Assembly (NCBI GenBank): GCA_964391015.1
Contig: CAYMKU010000001.1
Location: 148,805 to 212,804 of the forward strand
Source of the DNA: an uncultured Ignavibacteriaceae bacterium
GTDB taxonomy: Bacteria; Bacteroidota; Ignavibacteria; Ignavibacteriales; Ignavibacteriaceae
DNA length: 64,000 bases
Reading direction: 5' to 3'
Shown here one piece after another: positions 45,422 through 55,690 of this stretch (its first letter is position 1; each line of letters starts with the position of its first letter). Under the pieces are notes generated by a model. It saw only the letters and a list, made by a program, of their open reading frames with translations. It was not told the origin of the DNA and made no database searches. Made by a program: the position numbers and the translations under genes.

Positions 45422-46441
45422 CTATTTAAAAGCAAGTTTGATGGTAAATACATGATTTGCAGTCGGAAAATCCTTTATGTCTCTAAATGCATAGTCAAAT
45501 ACTAGTCCAATATCTTCTGCAAATTGATAATCAACCCCAGCACCAGCAGTAAAACCATAAATTGATTGATCATTATTTTCCATTTGGAAATTATAGCCGC
45601 CTCTAACGAAAAAGGTATTTAAATAACTATATTCCAATCCCAGATTTAGTCTGTCCTCAAGCGCATTATTTGCAGTGAAAGCTGATCCCAGCTGAAGATT
45701 ATTCTGCTCATCCAACATATACTTATATGAAAGTCCTAACTCAAAATAGCTGGGTATCTGAAATGGTTCAGCAACAATTTCATAAGTTCCGTTTGGAGCT
45801 CCTATATTAGAATTTGGAACTGAAGTTCGGGCTTGCAAATCTGAACCAGAGTAAACCATATTTGATCCTATATTTTTAATAACCGCAGCCAGGGAAAGTT
45901 GGGGGTTGAATCTGTACTGAACACCAACATCCACCGCAAGTCCCGTAGCACTTGTATTTTCGATGGATTCACTAATCAGTTTAAAATTAGTTCCAACCGA
46001 AATCCTATCCGTAATAACCTTGGAGTATGTTAACCCAATAGTTAAAAAAGATGGAGAATAAGTTTTACCTGTTCCGTCAGGATAATCAGTTGTTGTAACA
46101 GGTATATCACCAAAATCGAAGGTCTTAAGACTAAATGCGAGTGAGCCAAGATCACCTAAAATGGAAGATACAGCAAAATATGAAACATTTATATCAGCTA
46201 TATAAGTCATATAACTAAACACAGCTTCTGTGCTTTGTGCTAAATCCAAACCTGCTGGATTATAATAAATAGACTCTAAACCATACAAGCTGGCATGAAA
46301 CGCACCGCCAGTAGCAATTCCCCGCGCACCAACTGGTATAAGAAGTTGATCAGCTCCCGTAGAGCCCTTTCTCGATACATCACCAGCAAAAATAGAAGTG
46401 GTAATTATTGAAAGAGTAATTAGTATTAGTATTTTTTTCAT
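45422..46441 (-). CDS. PorV/PorQ-family outer-membrane beta-barrel (T9SS-associated)
   Basis: Signal peptide, then GADQLLIPVGARGIATGGAF.......IYYNPAGL, which matches my recollection of the PorV/LptO family. Beta-strand periodicity and a C-terminal ...KLAFK. Confidence 0.6.
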   Translation of the reverse strand: MKKILILITLSIITTSIFAGDVSRKGSTGADQLLIPVGARGIATGGAFHASLYGLESIYYNPAGLDLAQSTEAVFSYMTYIADINVSYFAVSSILGDLGSLAFSLKTFDFGDIPVTTTDYPDGTGKTYSPSFLTIGLTYSKVITDRISVGTNFKLISESIENTSATGLAVDVGVQYRFNPQLSLAAVIKNIGSNMVYSGSDLQARTSVPNSNIGAPNGTYEIVAEPFQIPSYFELGLSYKYMLDEQNNLQLGSAFTANNALEDRLNLGLEYSYLNTFFVRGGYNFQMENNDQSIYGFTAGAGVDYQFAEDIGLVFDYAFRDIKDFPTANHVFTIKLAFK

Positions 46442-46477
46442 CTTTTAAGCTCCTGGTATTTTAAAATTTTCATTTAT

Positions 46478-46504
46478 GGGCGGTCAAAATAAAATCAACC
46501 GCCC
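46478..46504 (-). terminator. possible weak terminator or attenuator hairpin
   Basis: GGGCGGT-13 nt-ACCGCCC between the 1180-aa gene and the PorV-like gene. The trailing sequence is A/T-rich but not a clean T run. Confidence 0.3.
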
Positions 46505-46517
46505 AGTTTCAAAATTC

Positions 46518-49500
46518 TTAATAACGTTGCAACTGTTTCTGAGGCATAATAATCGAAAACTTAAGAACTTTGTCTCCATATTTTGGAGATGAGACAATTG
46601 CTAAATACAAACCGGAAGCGACCCTTATTCCATTCTCATTCTGTAAATTCCAGTTTAAGAATGGAGATGTGGGAGAAGTTTTATCTCCCTGATCTAATGT
46701 TCTTATCAATGTTCCGGACAGAGAATATATTTTAATAGTAACTTCCTCAGGCAAGTTTGAAAAAGTTACAAATGGTTCATCAGAGGGACTATTTGTATAG
46801 CTTGTTGCAACGTTAAACCCGTACAAAGGATTAGGAAAGACGTTTACTCTATTGAATAACGCTTTTTCTTCCTCAGCACTGAGCACTCCGCCTTTTACAG
46901 TTTTAAAAACAAATTCATCACTTGGCGTATATGGATATGTACTAATCGGAACTACCATTTTATCACCGGCAGAGTAAAACTGCGTACTATTTATTCTTTC
47001 TAAGGCGACAACATACAAAGCATCAAAATAAGGAGATGCCGCTATCTTTCTCTCATCGTTTGATACTGTGGCACCTGTCGGAATGTTGTAATTTGAACCA
47101 CCTCTCAGGTCAGCCCAGATAGTATTGGTTCCAGATACAAAACCGCCTTTGTAAATTTGTTGATTTCCATTTGGATCATAAGTTTGATTAAAGATCAAAA
47201 TGAATTCACCAGTCGTATCAATGCTGGCTCCGGGATCCCAAATCCCATCAGGTTTTCCACCTTCACCTCGAGCTTTCTCAATAAACCCAACTGCAAGCTG
47301 TCTCGTCTCTCCAAAGCCGCCGGTCTCTGTTGCGTAATCTTGAACCCATACCGTAAATGGAACATCAACATAGCCAACACCAAATTGTCCCAGGGGTCCT
47401 TTTCCAACAGTATCGGAAGCTAAAATTCCTTCTGCATAAACATAACTATTTTTTCTGCTGATTACTGTTCCCTTATATCCATTTATGTATCTATATGCTT
47501 TGCCATTTTCACCAAACCTAATTTCTATTCTTCGCAACTTATCAGCACGAATATATTTCCCATTTAAGACTGACAAACCTGGCAGGGAACCAATTTTTTG
47601 AGATATACCTGAATCAGAGGAAACATAATATACTTTCGAGTGTGTTGTATTATACCAAGCAGTAGATGTTTGACCCGATAAAGTTCCAACGGCAGGAATT
47701 TTTTCTGGCAACTTAACAATAAATCCATCGGTAATCTTTTTTGCAACCGTAGGATCATCTCCGATATAATCTTTTGAGGACTCTATAAGTGTGATTCCTG
47801 TAGTAGTATTTTTCAACTTCCAAAACGGTGAATATGGAGCTTGTGTGCTGTCTATTCCAAAAGTTACTTTATATTCATCTCCTGTTAATAATTCCTTATC
47901 CACAATATCATATTTTAATTTTGCTCCGCTTCCTCCTTTTGTACTAACGCTAAGTGCTTCAACTGGAGGAGTATATTCATCTTCTGCAAAGGTTACTGTA
48001 AATATTCTTGGAACGTTCTCAACTTCACCTACAAATGAACTTGATGACAGATAGTAATCACTAAAAATGAATGCAGAAGTATCAACCGATTTATTCACTA
48101 ATGCATCATGATTTACTGCATATGAAGTTATTGCGAAATAATATGGCTTACCTTTTATCAGATTTCCGCCGGTGAATGGATCCTTAGTAATCCTAAGTCT
48201 GATCCTTCCAGTTTCGTCGCTCCTATAAGTAGTAGAATCTAATTTAGTTGAGCTTGCTGGATACAACAGCTCGATCCCACCAGTATTACCATTTTCCTTA
48301 TACAAATTGTTAATAAAATCATTCACCTGATATGTTGCAACGGTGGTCTTATTCTGCAACCCGCTTATTTGATCTGCAGTTGAATTGGTTTTATAAGCAA
48401 AGACATTATATCCTTTGAATTTGATGTCATACGTAGCCGTCTTTCTTTGATAACTCACCTGATCTTTAGTTTTCCACGTCAGATCAATAAAATTTTCACT
48501 TGTACTGGTTTCAACAGTTACTGGAGGCGGAGAAGATGGAGCAACAAAGTTATTATCAAAAATATTCTGAGCACCATCGTCAATTCTTCTGGCTACAGTA
48601 ATAGAGTTAAGTGCATCTGAACCTTGACCGAAAACATAAGCAACTACGATTTCTTTTTCGTCACCCTTCGTAAGAGTGAAAGGACCAGTGTTTGACATCA
48701 TTCTGTAATCACCTTCAAGAGTATTGATCCACCCTCTATTCGTAACAGGATCTCCCGAAAACCACAATGTTGGATTCACAGTATTGCAGTCCACACCACC
48801 TCTCACCTCACCATAAGAAAAAGTACAAGGATTCGGTGCATCACCCAATCTTGTTTTACCGATTGTATAGTATCTTGCCTCAGTAGCATTGCTGGGATCA
48901 TTAACGACAGGATCCCCATTTATATACATTACAAAAGAGGAAATTCCTAAATTCTTTGCTCCAGGGTAGTTTTTTATACCCTTAACTTGTCCTCTCACAC
49001 TATGCGCAGTATCAATAGGTGTATCTATTCCATCATCGTACGTTCCGTTTCCATTCACATCTGTATATGTTTCACCAGCTATATACGAAAGTGGGCCCTG
49101 AAAGAAGTCAATTAAAAACGCTGGTGGCTGCGTACCATACTGTTGATGATCATCTGGTCCATTATTATAAACAAAACCAGAGTTTCGAGGAACATCACAG
49201 CCGACAAAATCATCGGCAGAGTTTCCTATGTCTGGATCAGCCCATACACCAAAATAACAATCTGTTAAGGTGTTAGGTTCGTTTGCATTGCCAAGCCCTA
49301 CGTACTTAAATCTATACCTGACAAAGAGGATGTTCCCGATAGCTCCAGCAGAAGCGAATGCAAAAACGGTTTGTCTAATTTCCATACCTAACGGTGCAAT
49401 TGTGTTCCAACGACGTTGAGGGGTTGGAGTACCATCCCAATAAACACACCAAACAGTCTCATCTCCAATTAAGTCTGGTCTATCTTCATCAGCATCCCAG

Positions 49501-50060
49501 ATACTGTTACCATTTTTATCTACAGGATTGTAAATTCCATCATTATCACCATCATAAAAATCAGCACCTAAATCTACCGCATCTTTCCAATCAATCCAGC
49601 TTTCACCGAAAGGAATATCGGAAGCTTTTAAAACATATATTTGAGACCGCGGGTCGGTCTGCCCATGAGCAACATCACCAGCCACATAATCTTGTACTAA
49701 GGTGGAGGGTGCAACTGCATTTACAAACATATTGCCTCCAGCCATACCACTTAGGAAAAATCCTCCTGAGAAAAGAGCCACGTCACCAGCAAATTTTCCA
49801 CCCGCACCACTAATAATGGGATTGGGATCGGGAATATTCACTTCACCTAAAGCCCCAACTCTATTCATAGGCATATTTACATTGTTTATGTATAACCTAT
49901 AGGCATCTCCAGCTTTTCCAGATTGAATTTTACTAAGCTGAGATGAATTTGGTTGAAAGGTTTTAGTACCTTTCTTGTCGTCTCCCCCGTAAGCAACCAC
50001 GAATAAAAGGAGTACTAATATCACAACCGAATAAATGTTTGAAATTATTTTTATTCTCAT
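46518..50060 (-). CDS. very large secreted protein (1180 aa) with a T9SS C-terminal sorting domain
   Basis: Signal peptide. C-terminus VNVFPNPLYG...IKIYSLSGTLIRTL...GLYLAIVSS...KFSIIM has the T9SS CTD pattern. Acidic D-x-D-x-D-G-type loops (DGDNDGIYNPVDKNGNSIWDADED, DVNGNGTYDDGIDTPID). Confidence 0.75.
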   Translation of the reverse strand: MRIKIISNIYSVVILVLLLFVVAYGGDDKKGTKTFQPNSSQLSKIQSGKAGDAYRLYINNVNMPMNRVGALGEVNIPDPNPIISGAGGKFAGDVALFSGGFFLSGMAGGNMFVNAVAPSTLVQDYVAGDVAHGQTDPRSQIYVLKASDIPFGESWIDWKDAVDLGADFYDGDNDGIYNPVDKNGNSIWDADEDRPDLIGDETVWCVYWDGTPTPQRRWNTIAPLGMEIRQTVFAFASAGAIGNILFVRYRFKYVGLGNANEPNTLTDCYFGVWADPDIGNSADDFVGCDVPRNSGFVYNNGPDDHQQYGTQPPAFLIDFFQGPLSYIAGETYTDVNGNGTYDDGIDTPIDTAHSVRGQVKGIKNYPGAKNLGISSFVMYINGDPVVNDPSNATEARYYTIGKTRLGDAPNPCTFSYGEVRGGVDCNTVNPTLWFSGDPVTNRGWINTLEGDYRMMSNTGPFTLTKGDEKEIVVAYVFGQGSDALNSITVARRIDDGAQNIFDNNFVAPSSPPPVTVETSTSENFIDLTWKTKDQVSYQRKTATYDIKFKGYNVFAYKTNSTADQISGLQNKTTVATYQVNDFINNLYKENGNTGGIELLYPASSTKLDSTTYRSDETGRIRLRITKDPFTGGNLIKGKPYYFAITSYAVNHDALVNKSVDTSAFIFSDYYLSSSSFVGEVENVPRIFTVTFAEDEYTPPVEALSVSTKGGSGAKLKYDIVDKELLTGDEYKVTFGIDSTQAPYSPFWKLKNTTTGITLIESSKDYIGDDPTVAKKITDGFIVKLPEKIPAVGTLSGQTSTAWYNTTHSKVYYVSSDSGISQKIGSLPGLSVLNGKYIRADKLRRIEIRFGENGKAYRYINGYKGTVISRKNSYVYAEGILASDTVGKGPLGQFGVGYVDVPFTVWVQDYATETGGFGETRQLAVGFIEKARGEGGKPDGIWDPGASIDTTGEFILIFNQTYDPNGNQQIYKGGFVSGTNTIWADLRGGSNYNIPTGATVSNDERKIAASPYFDALYVVALERINSTQFYSAGDKMVVPISTYPYTPSDEFVFKTVKGGVLSAEEEKALFNRVNVFPNPLYGFNVATSYTNSPSDEPFVTFSNLPEEVTIKIYSLSGTLIRTLDQGDKTSPTSPFLNWNLQNENGIRVASGLYLAIVSSPKYGDKVLKFSIIMPQKQLQRY

Positions 50061-50099
50061 TTTTTCGCCTTATTCTTTTTCAAAAAAAATTCAGAATTA

Positions 50100-52964
50100 T
50101 TATAAAGGTATGGTTGAGAAGTTGACTCTCAATCCCAACCTTATTGTTCTTGGAATACCGAAATTTGCTGGGTTTCTCTCATAACTCATATAATCCTGAC
50201 GATAACCTTCTCCGTTATTTGCAATAATTGCTTTTCCTTCATCCGTATTTAACCAGCCAGTAGTATAAGGGCTTCCGGTTGATCTATAAACGGTAACTAT
50301 ATTATCTGCATCGAGCAGATTCTCAATCCAGATATATGGAGAGATTCTGAAATTTTCGAACACAAAAGATTTTTCGACCTTCATATCAATTCTGAACGAA
50401 CTTGGACCATATGTTGAATTTATATAACCTCTTGTTGAAGAGATTAATCCGTTATCACCCAACAAATTCCATTTATCCATTGGAGTATAGGGTCGTCCGC
50501 TATTGTAAGATAGAACGAAGTTAGCATTAAATAGTTCAAGGAAACCAAGTTCACCTTCCGGAACATAGAAATCAAGATTAACTACCGCTGTGTGTCGTTG
50601 ATCGAAAGTTAAAGGAGCAATAACTTTGGGCGCTAATCTATCCGTGTTTCTAAAAACTGATGTTGAACTAGAACTAGTTGATGAACCCGTACCTTCAGCA
50701 AGCGAATAAGTATATTGAGCAGAAATACTTAAATAGTTTAATCTGCTTATATCCAATGAAAATGCCAACCCTTTTGTAGTTCCAAAATCAGTATTTTGGC
50801 TGTAGTAAGCATTAAGGATTTGACCGCCTCCTGTACGTCTAAATTGTGCATTCGCATCATTGACTAAACCAACAATGTTTTTATAAAACAACGTAATATT
50901 TAAGGCAGCTACATTTCCAAGTATTTGTCTGAAGCCAACTTCATACTGCGTTGTTTCTTCACTATTTAATCCACCATTTTGTGCACCTTGAGGTTCATAG
51001 GTCGTCCAATCATTATAATCATAAGGTCCAGCATACATATCATTCAACTCTGGCAACTGAATAAATTTTCCATACTGAGCGTGAAATACTGTTGATTGAG
51101 TAACTGGAAAACCAAGACCAAGCCGCGGTGAAAATTTTAGTTCAGCTTTTTTCAAAACGAAATCTTCATTGTCCCATCCATTTGGATCTAAACCACCTGC
51201 ATATGGAAGTGAAGGATTTTTCCATTCATAAGACTTAACATCGAAATAATCCATTCTAATGCCAGCGTTAATTACTAAATCTTCCAGCTCGTATCTATCT
51301 TGAATATAAGCATAAGCTATCAATGGATTGCGTGGCCTCTGAAGCAGGTAAGGGAAATTTGGATCGTCTGAAGTATAGTCTAATCCAACCTTGTTCTGAC
51401 CCGTAACATCATATCCATAAACAAAAGGTGATAAGTTTGCATACTTTTGGACATCAGTTAAGCTATCAGCTTGCTCAATAAGAAGCTGGGGATAAATTCC
51501 ATAACCACGAACCATAGTGTATGTTAACCCGCCACCCAGTTCTAATAAATGATTTTCAACCTGGGAAGTAAAATCAAAATCTCCTGTAAATGCATCATTC
51601 TCTCGATGTTGATACAAGCCAGTACTGTATCCATAAGGTCTGAAAACACCATTATTATCTACTGTTCTAGTCCGTTGACCATTACCAAGTAAGGTTACAC
51701 CAAGTTCATTAGCCCAACGAGCGCTGTCACCATAAGCGAAAAGATCATTTTTAAAGAAAGGATTATATCTTTCGTAATCGAAAGTTCTGTAACCTAAACT
51801 CAGGTTCCAAAAAGTTGAACCGCTTATAGTCTGAGATATTTTAGAACTAAGAGAAAGGTTATCTTCGGTAAACTCATCAAAAAACTTGGAATCATTTTTA
51901 GTTAATCTAAAATCAAAAACTTTAGCTAATCGTGTATTATAGATACCGCCAAAATTTAATGTGAATTCTCCCATCCTATGATTTGTTTTACCACTTATTC
52001 TCCAAACTGATGCAGAATTATTTGGTAAAGTTTCATATGTTTTATTAATCGAAGGAAAATCTAGCGTTATGGCGCTTCTATCGGCATCTTTGTACCAGCC
52101 GCGTTCAGCAGAAATAAAGAAAGTGTGTTCAGGAATGTCGGGAATAATTGGACCACTTATCGTCGCTGAATACTCATTAAATCCATATTTATCCGGGAAT
52201 TTTTCTGTAAGCGAGGAAGCAACTATATCAGCTAAAACATTATAATTTGGCTTTCCAGATTTTGTAGTTACATTTATGATACCAGATTGAGCTTGTCCAT
52301 ACTTAGCTTCATACCCACCAACCTGAAAAGAGATTTGTTCAATCGCAGAATTGCTAACTTGAGCAACTGTACCTCTATTATATAAATTATTTTGAGGAAC
52401 TCCGTCAACTATGTAAAGTACTTCACTGCCTCGCCCACCGCGAATATTTATGCTTGCATTACCTTCAACACCGCCGCTACCTTCTTGAATAACAACACCG
52501 GATTGAAGTGATGCAATATTCTGAACACCTTTTACAGGTATTCTGGAAATCTGATCCGCATCAATAACCTTAACAGTATTAGTCGCCTTTTCCTCAAAGA
52601 ATTTTTTATCCTCAACTACAATTTCAGGTAAGCTGAAATCAGTAGAAAGCTCTACGTTCAATTCATATGTAATACCCGCAACAACCCTAACTTCTTTTAT
52701 TGTTTTAGGGGCATAACCAACATAACTTACCTTAACATTGTAAGTTCCGGGAGTAATATTAAGAACGAAATACTCTCCATCAACATTAGTTGCAGCACCT
52801 TGGTCGGTATTTAATATAACTATGTTAGCACCAATGAGTGCTTCACGTGTATTTGCGTCAATTACTTTGCCGCTTAATTTACCAACGCCGGTTTGTGCAA
52901 AAACAGGAGATCCTAACATTAGCACCAATATTGTGCTAAGAAATTTAATAGTAAGATTTTTCAT
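50100..52964 (-). CDS. TonB-dependent receptor-like outer-membrane protein with a carboxypeptidase-regulatory-like N-domain
   Basis: Signal peptide, GKLSGKVIDANTREALIGANIVI...GTYNVKVSYVGY (CarbopepD_reg-like), a plug-like segment (VKVIDADQISRIPVKGVQNIASLQSGV), and a long beta-barrel. Confidence 0.8.
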   Translation of the reverse strand: MKNLTIKFLSTILVLMLGSPVFAQTGVGKLSGKVIDANTREALIGANIVILNTDQGAATNVDGEYFVLNITPGTYNVKVSYVGYAPKTIKEVRVVAGITYELNVELSTDFSLPEIVVEDKKFFEEKATNTVKVIDADQISRIPVKGVQNIASLQSGVVIQEGSGGVEGNASINIRGGRGSEVLYIVDGVPQNNLYNRGTVAQVSNSAIEQISFQVGGYEAKYGQAQSGIINVTTKSGKPNYNVLADIVASSLTEKFPDKYGFNEYSATISGPIIPDIPEHTFFISAERGWYKDADRSAITLDFPSINKTYETLPNNSASVWRISGKTNHRMGEFTLNFGGIYNTRLAKVFDFRLTKNDSKFFDEFTEDNLSLSSKISQTISGSTFWNLSLGYRTFDYERYNPFFKNDLFAYGDSARWANELGVTLLGNGQRTRTVDNNGVFRPYGYSTGLYQHRENDAFTGDFDFTSQVENHLLELGGGLTYTMVRGYGIYPQLLIEQADSLTDVQKYANLSPFVYGYDVTGQNKVGLDYTSDDPNFPYLLQRPRNPLIAYAYIQDRYELEDLVINAGIRMDYFDVKSYEWKNPSLPYAGGLDPNGWDNEDFVLKKAELKFSPRLGLGFPVTQSTVFHAQYGKFIQLPELNDMYAGPYDYNDWTTYEPQGAQNGGLNSEETTQYEVGFRQILGNVAALNITLFYKNIVGLVNDANAQFRRTGGGQILNAYYSQNTDFGTTKGLAFSLDISRLNYLSISAQYTYSLAEGTGSSTSSSSTSVFRNTDRLAPKVIAPLTFDQRHTAVVNLDFYVPEGELGFLELFNANFVLSYNSGRPYTPMDKWNLLGDNGLISSTRGYINSTYGPSSFRIDMKVEKSFVFENFRISPYIWIENLLDADNIVTVYRSTGSPYTTGWLNTDEGKAIIANNGEGYRQDYMSYERNPANFGIPRTIRLGLRVNFSTIPL

Positions 52965-53059
52965 CTTTTCTCCACCATTTTGTTAATTAAAACTTTTGTC
53001 GAACTCTTTATCAACAATTAATAATAATTACATTTACAAAATCTATTTAAATCAAAAAA

Positions 53060-53090
53060 GGCGGATTACCTTTACTCAAGATTATCCGCC
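53060..53090 (-). terminator. probable terminator after the BNR-repeat gene
   Basis: Minus strand reads GGCGGAT-17 nt loop-ATCCGCCTTTTTTGAT. The large loop lowers confidence. Confidence 0.4.
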
Positions 53091-53116
53091 CGCAAAAAAC
53101 ATAATCTAACTCACGC

Positions 53117-54967
53117 TTACTTCATCAACATCATTTTCTTTGATGCAGTAAAGCTGCCAGCGTTAATCATATAAACATAAAGTCCTGAAGCTAAATTTGA
53201 TGCATCAAAAACAACTTCATGAGAACCAGCATCTTTTGTTGTATTTAATAAGTCAGCAACTTCTCTACCAAGTACATCAAAAACCTTTATTGATACATTT
53301 GATTTCTCAGCCAATGTATAAGAGATTTTTGTTGAAGGGTTAAATGGGTTCGGATAATTTTGAGATAACTCAAAGCTATTTACAGTTAAGTTTCCATCAT
53401 TTATACCAGACGGTATTGGAATAGCCAATCTCTCATAATTCCATGAACTATTGTTATTTCCAGTATTGTTGGTTGCAAATAAGCTTGTTCCTGGAATATC
53501 ATCAATCATGTATAAGAAGTTAACTATCATTGAGTCTGAATTGGTAGTGCTGATTTCAAGTAAATTGTTCGGACATGGATATGATTCCTGAACATGTTGA
53601 CGGCTTGCATTTGGTACTAAAGCCGGTGCAGACCAATTCACTCCGCCATCAATAGAATAGGCATAATAAAGATCTGTATATACTATTGGAGTTGGATCTG
53701 TAGCAGTCGGTGTCCAAAAATTCATTGTACTTGAACCAGGCGTTCCAGAATATTCGGGACCCTGCCATAGTACGACAATTTTTGATCCATCTGTACTAAT
53801 ACAAGGAACTGGATAAGCATTACCAATTCCATTACCAGGGCGATTAGTAACCGGATCACCCGGATTAGCATCTATATCTAACTCAACTGCTGTACTTGTT
53901 AAAGCAATCCAATGTTTATCTCGGCTATTCCAGTATAATGCAGGAAATGCAAAACCAGTATCTGCTTGAGCCCTGTACGCATATCCATTGATAGTTACGT
54001 GTTTCACACCATTGTTATCTACAGCACCATTCATCTGCGCGAAATTTTCGAATATTGGATAATATCCTGTTCTATTGAAGACAGGCGTCAATCCATCTTT
54101 TCCAAGTAATTCAAACTGCCATGTGCTGCCTTGATCAGTTGATGACTTAATTCCAACGAAATCGGCGGAATCAGCAGCAACCCCACCTAATCCACCATTT
54201 CCACCAAATCCCCAGCATTGTGCTGTAAACAGATGGTTACCATTCGGAGATTTTCGAAAAGTATATTCCAAATTTAATCCAGCATCTAGATATGGCTGAG
54301 TTGTTGGATTTAACGATCCAAAAGAACTCCAAGTTACACCTTGATCAGTTGATTTATACAAAAGACCACAACTTGCACCAGCAGGGTTGGTTGAAGTTGT
54401 TGCCAAAATAGTCCCATTGTCCAAATAAACAAATTCTGGATATAAGTTAGCTAATGTCGCTGTACCAAAGGTAGGCGTTAATGTGGTCATATCAACAGTA
54501 GAGACATAAGTACTTGGGCTTCTATGATATAATACAATTGCTTTTCCTGATAGTGGGCCTGTCTCGCCAACTTGCACACTTCCCCAACCTGCACTCGTTC
54601 CAGATGAAACTTCAAAATCTGTAAAACCATCAACTCTGTTTCCAACAATCATCTTTATTTTTCTACTAGATGCCACAGCATCAAACCTTTGCATTGCAAC
54701 TGCAACAAGATCCTTTTTTCCATCTGCAGTAAAATCATACATGTAAACCATGTTGGGGATGGAATTGTTACCAGCATAATCATATTCAGTGAATATGAGC
54801 TGATCGCTAGTAGGTTTGCTGTAATGTTGAGGAGCATCAACAAAATTGTTGATCTCATTTACAGAATTTGGATCTATATGAATAGCTTTCAGTGGTTTCT
54901 GTTGGGAAAATCCAACTCCTGAGATGAAAACCAACAAAGCCAAAACTGTGAAAGATTTTTTTAGCAT
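53117..54967 (-). CDS. BNR/Asp-box repeat protein with a T9SS C-terminal sorting domain
   Basis: Three SxDxGxTW-type Asp-boxes (STDQGVTWS, STDQGSTWQ, SIDGGVNWS). C-terminal LSQNYPNPFNPSTKISYTL...GLYVYMINAGSFTASKKMMLMK. Confidence 0.8.
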   Translation of the reverse strand: MLKKSFTVLALLVFISGVGFSQQKPLKAIHIDPNSVNEINNFVDAPQHYSKPTSDQLIFTEYDYAGNNSIPNMVYMYDFTADGKKDLVAVAMQRFDAVASSRKIKMIVGNRVDGFTDFEVSSGTSAGWGSVQVGETGPLSGKAIVLYHRSPSTYVSTVDMTTLTPTFGTATLANLYPEFVYLDNGTILATTSTNPAGASCGLLYKSTDQGVTWSSFGSLNPTTQPYLDAGLNLEYTFRKSPNGNHLFTAQCWGFGGNGGLGGVAADSADFVGIKSSTDQGSTWQFELLGKDGLTPVFNRTGYYPIFENFAQMNGAVDNNGVKHVTINGYAYRAQADTGFAFPALYWNSRDKHWIALTSTAVELDIDANPGDPVTNRPGNGIGNAYPVPCISTDGSKIVVLWQGPEYSGTPGSSTMNFWTPTATDPTPIVYTDLYYAYSIDGGVNWSAPALVPNASRQHVQESYPCPNNLLEISTTNSDSMIVNFLYMIDDIPGTSLFATNNTGNNNSSWNYERLAIPIPSGINDGNLTVNSFELSQNYPNPFNPSTKISYTLAEKSNVSIKVFDVLGREVADLLNTTKDAGSHEVVFDASNLASGLYVYMINAGSFTASKKMMLMK

Positions 54968-55352
54968 AACGTTCTCCTTTTTTGATGAAATAAAATATTA
55001 ATTATCAATAAAATCCTGAGAATTATTTACACTACATCAATTAATACACAACTTTTTATATTTGTTTTATTAAAACACGCTTAAAATTACCATTCATGCA
55101 GTTTATTGTCAAGTTTTTCAATGATTTTCAACAATTACGAAATTATATCATTTCATCTGAAAGTCAAGATGTAAATTAACCACTAAAATTATTTTTGCAC
55201 CAAGCAAATATTATCAACGCCGTCTATCAGCAATTTCATAAAGAACTCTTTAGCAATCAACCGCACTGTTTCTATCAATCGGATAGAAACAAGATTTCTC
55301 ACTTGAATTGAATAGCCATAGAAAAAAGTAATAGAACCTTTATCTACCCAAA

Positions 55353-55673
55353 TTATAAAGTTGCATTAATCTTTTGAACAATTTGTGCTTTTGGAACAGC
55401 ACCAACTATTGTATTACTAACTTTTCCGTCTTTAAATATTAACAGTGTTGGTATACTTCTCACGCCATAATTAATGGCAGTTTGCTGATTATTATCTACA
55501 TCTACTTTCCCAATTTTTACCTTACCATCATATTCACTGGCCAACTGTTCAATAATAGGAGCAATTGCTTTACAAGGTCCACACCATGTTGCCCAAAAAT
55601 CAATTAATACTGGAACTTCAGATTTGAGAACTTCGTTTTCAAAATTTGCATCGGTTATAGTAACAGGTTTCAT
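55353..55673 (-). CDS. trxA: thioredoxin
   Basis: WATWCGPCK active site. 106 aa. Confidence 0.95.
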   Translation of the reverse strand: MKPVTITDANFENEVLKSEVPVLIDFWATWCGPCKAIAPIIEQLASEYDGKVKIGKVDVDNNQQTAINYGVRSIPTLLIFKDGKVSNTIVGAVPKAQIVQKINATL

Positions 55674-55690
55674 CTATTGTCCTTTTTAAT

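Noticed and set aside
49394-49813. 139-aa His/Gln-rich ORF on the plus strand, together with many other 60-95-aa ORFs antisense to or nested in long genes (e.g. 1673-1855, 3548-3772, 13411-13693, 36672-36953, 47157-47423, 58146-58439)
   Set aside because: All lie fully inside much longer ORFs with strong recognisable homology or motifs on the opposite strand or in another frame. Their composition is low-complexity, they have no RBS or start context, and they are typical shadow ORFs of AT-rich DNA.
55268-55290. Perfect 9-bp inverted repeat GTTTCTATC-aatcg-GATAGAAAC downstream of trxA
   Set aside because: It could be a trxA terminator or a protein-binding palindrome, but there is no T-run on either strand and no second copy in the window. 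Too little evidence to call a feature.
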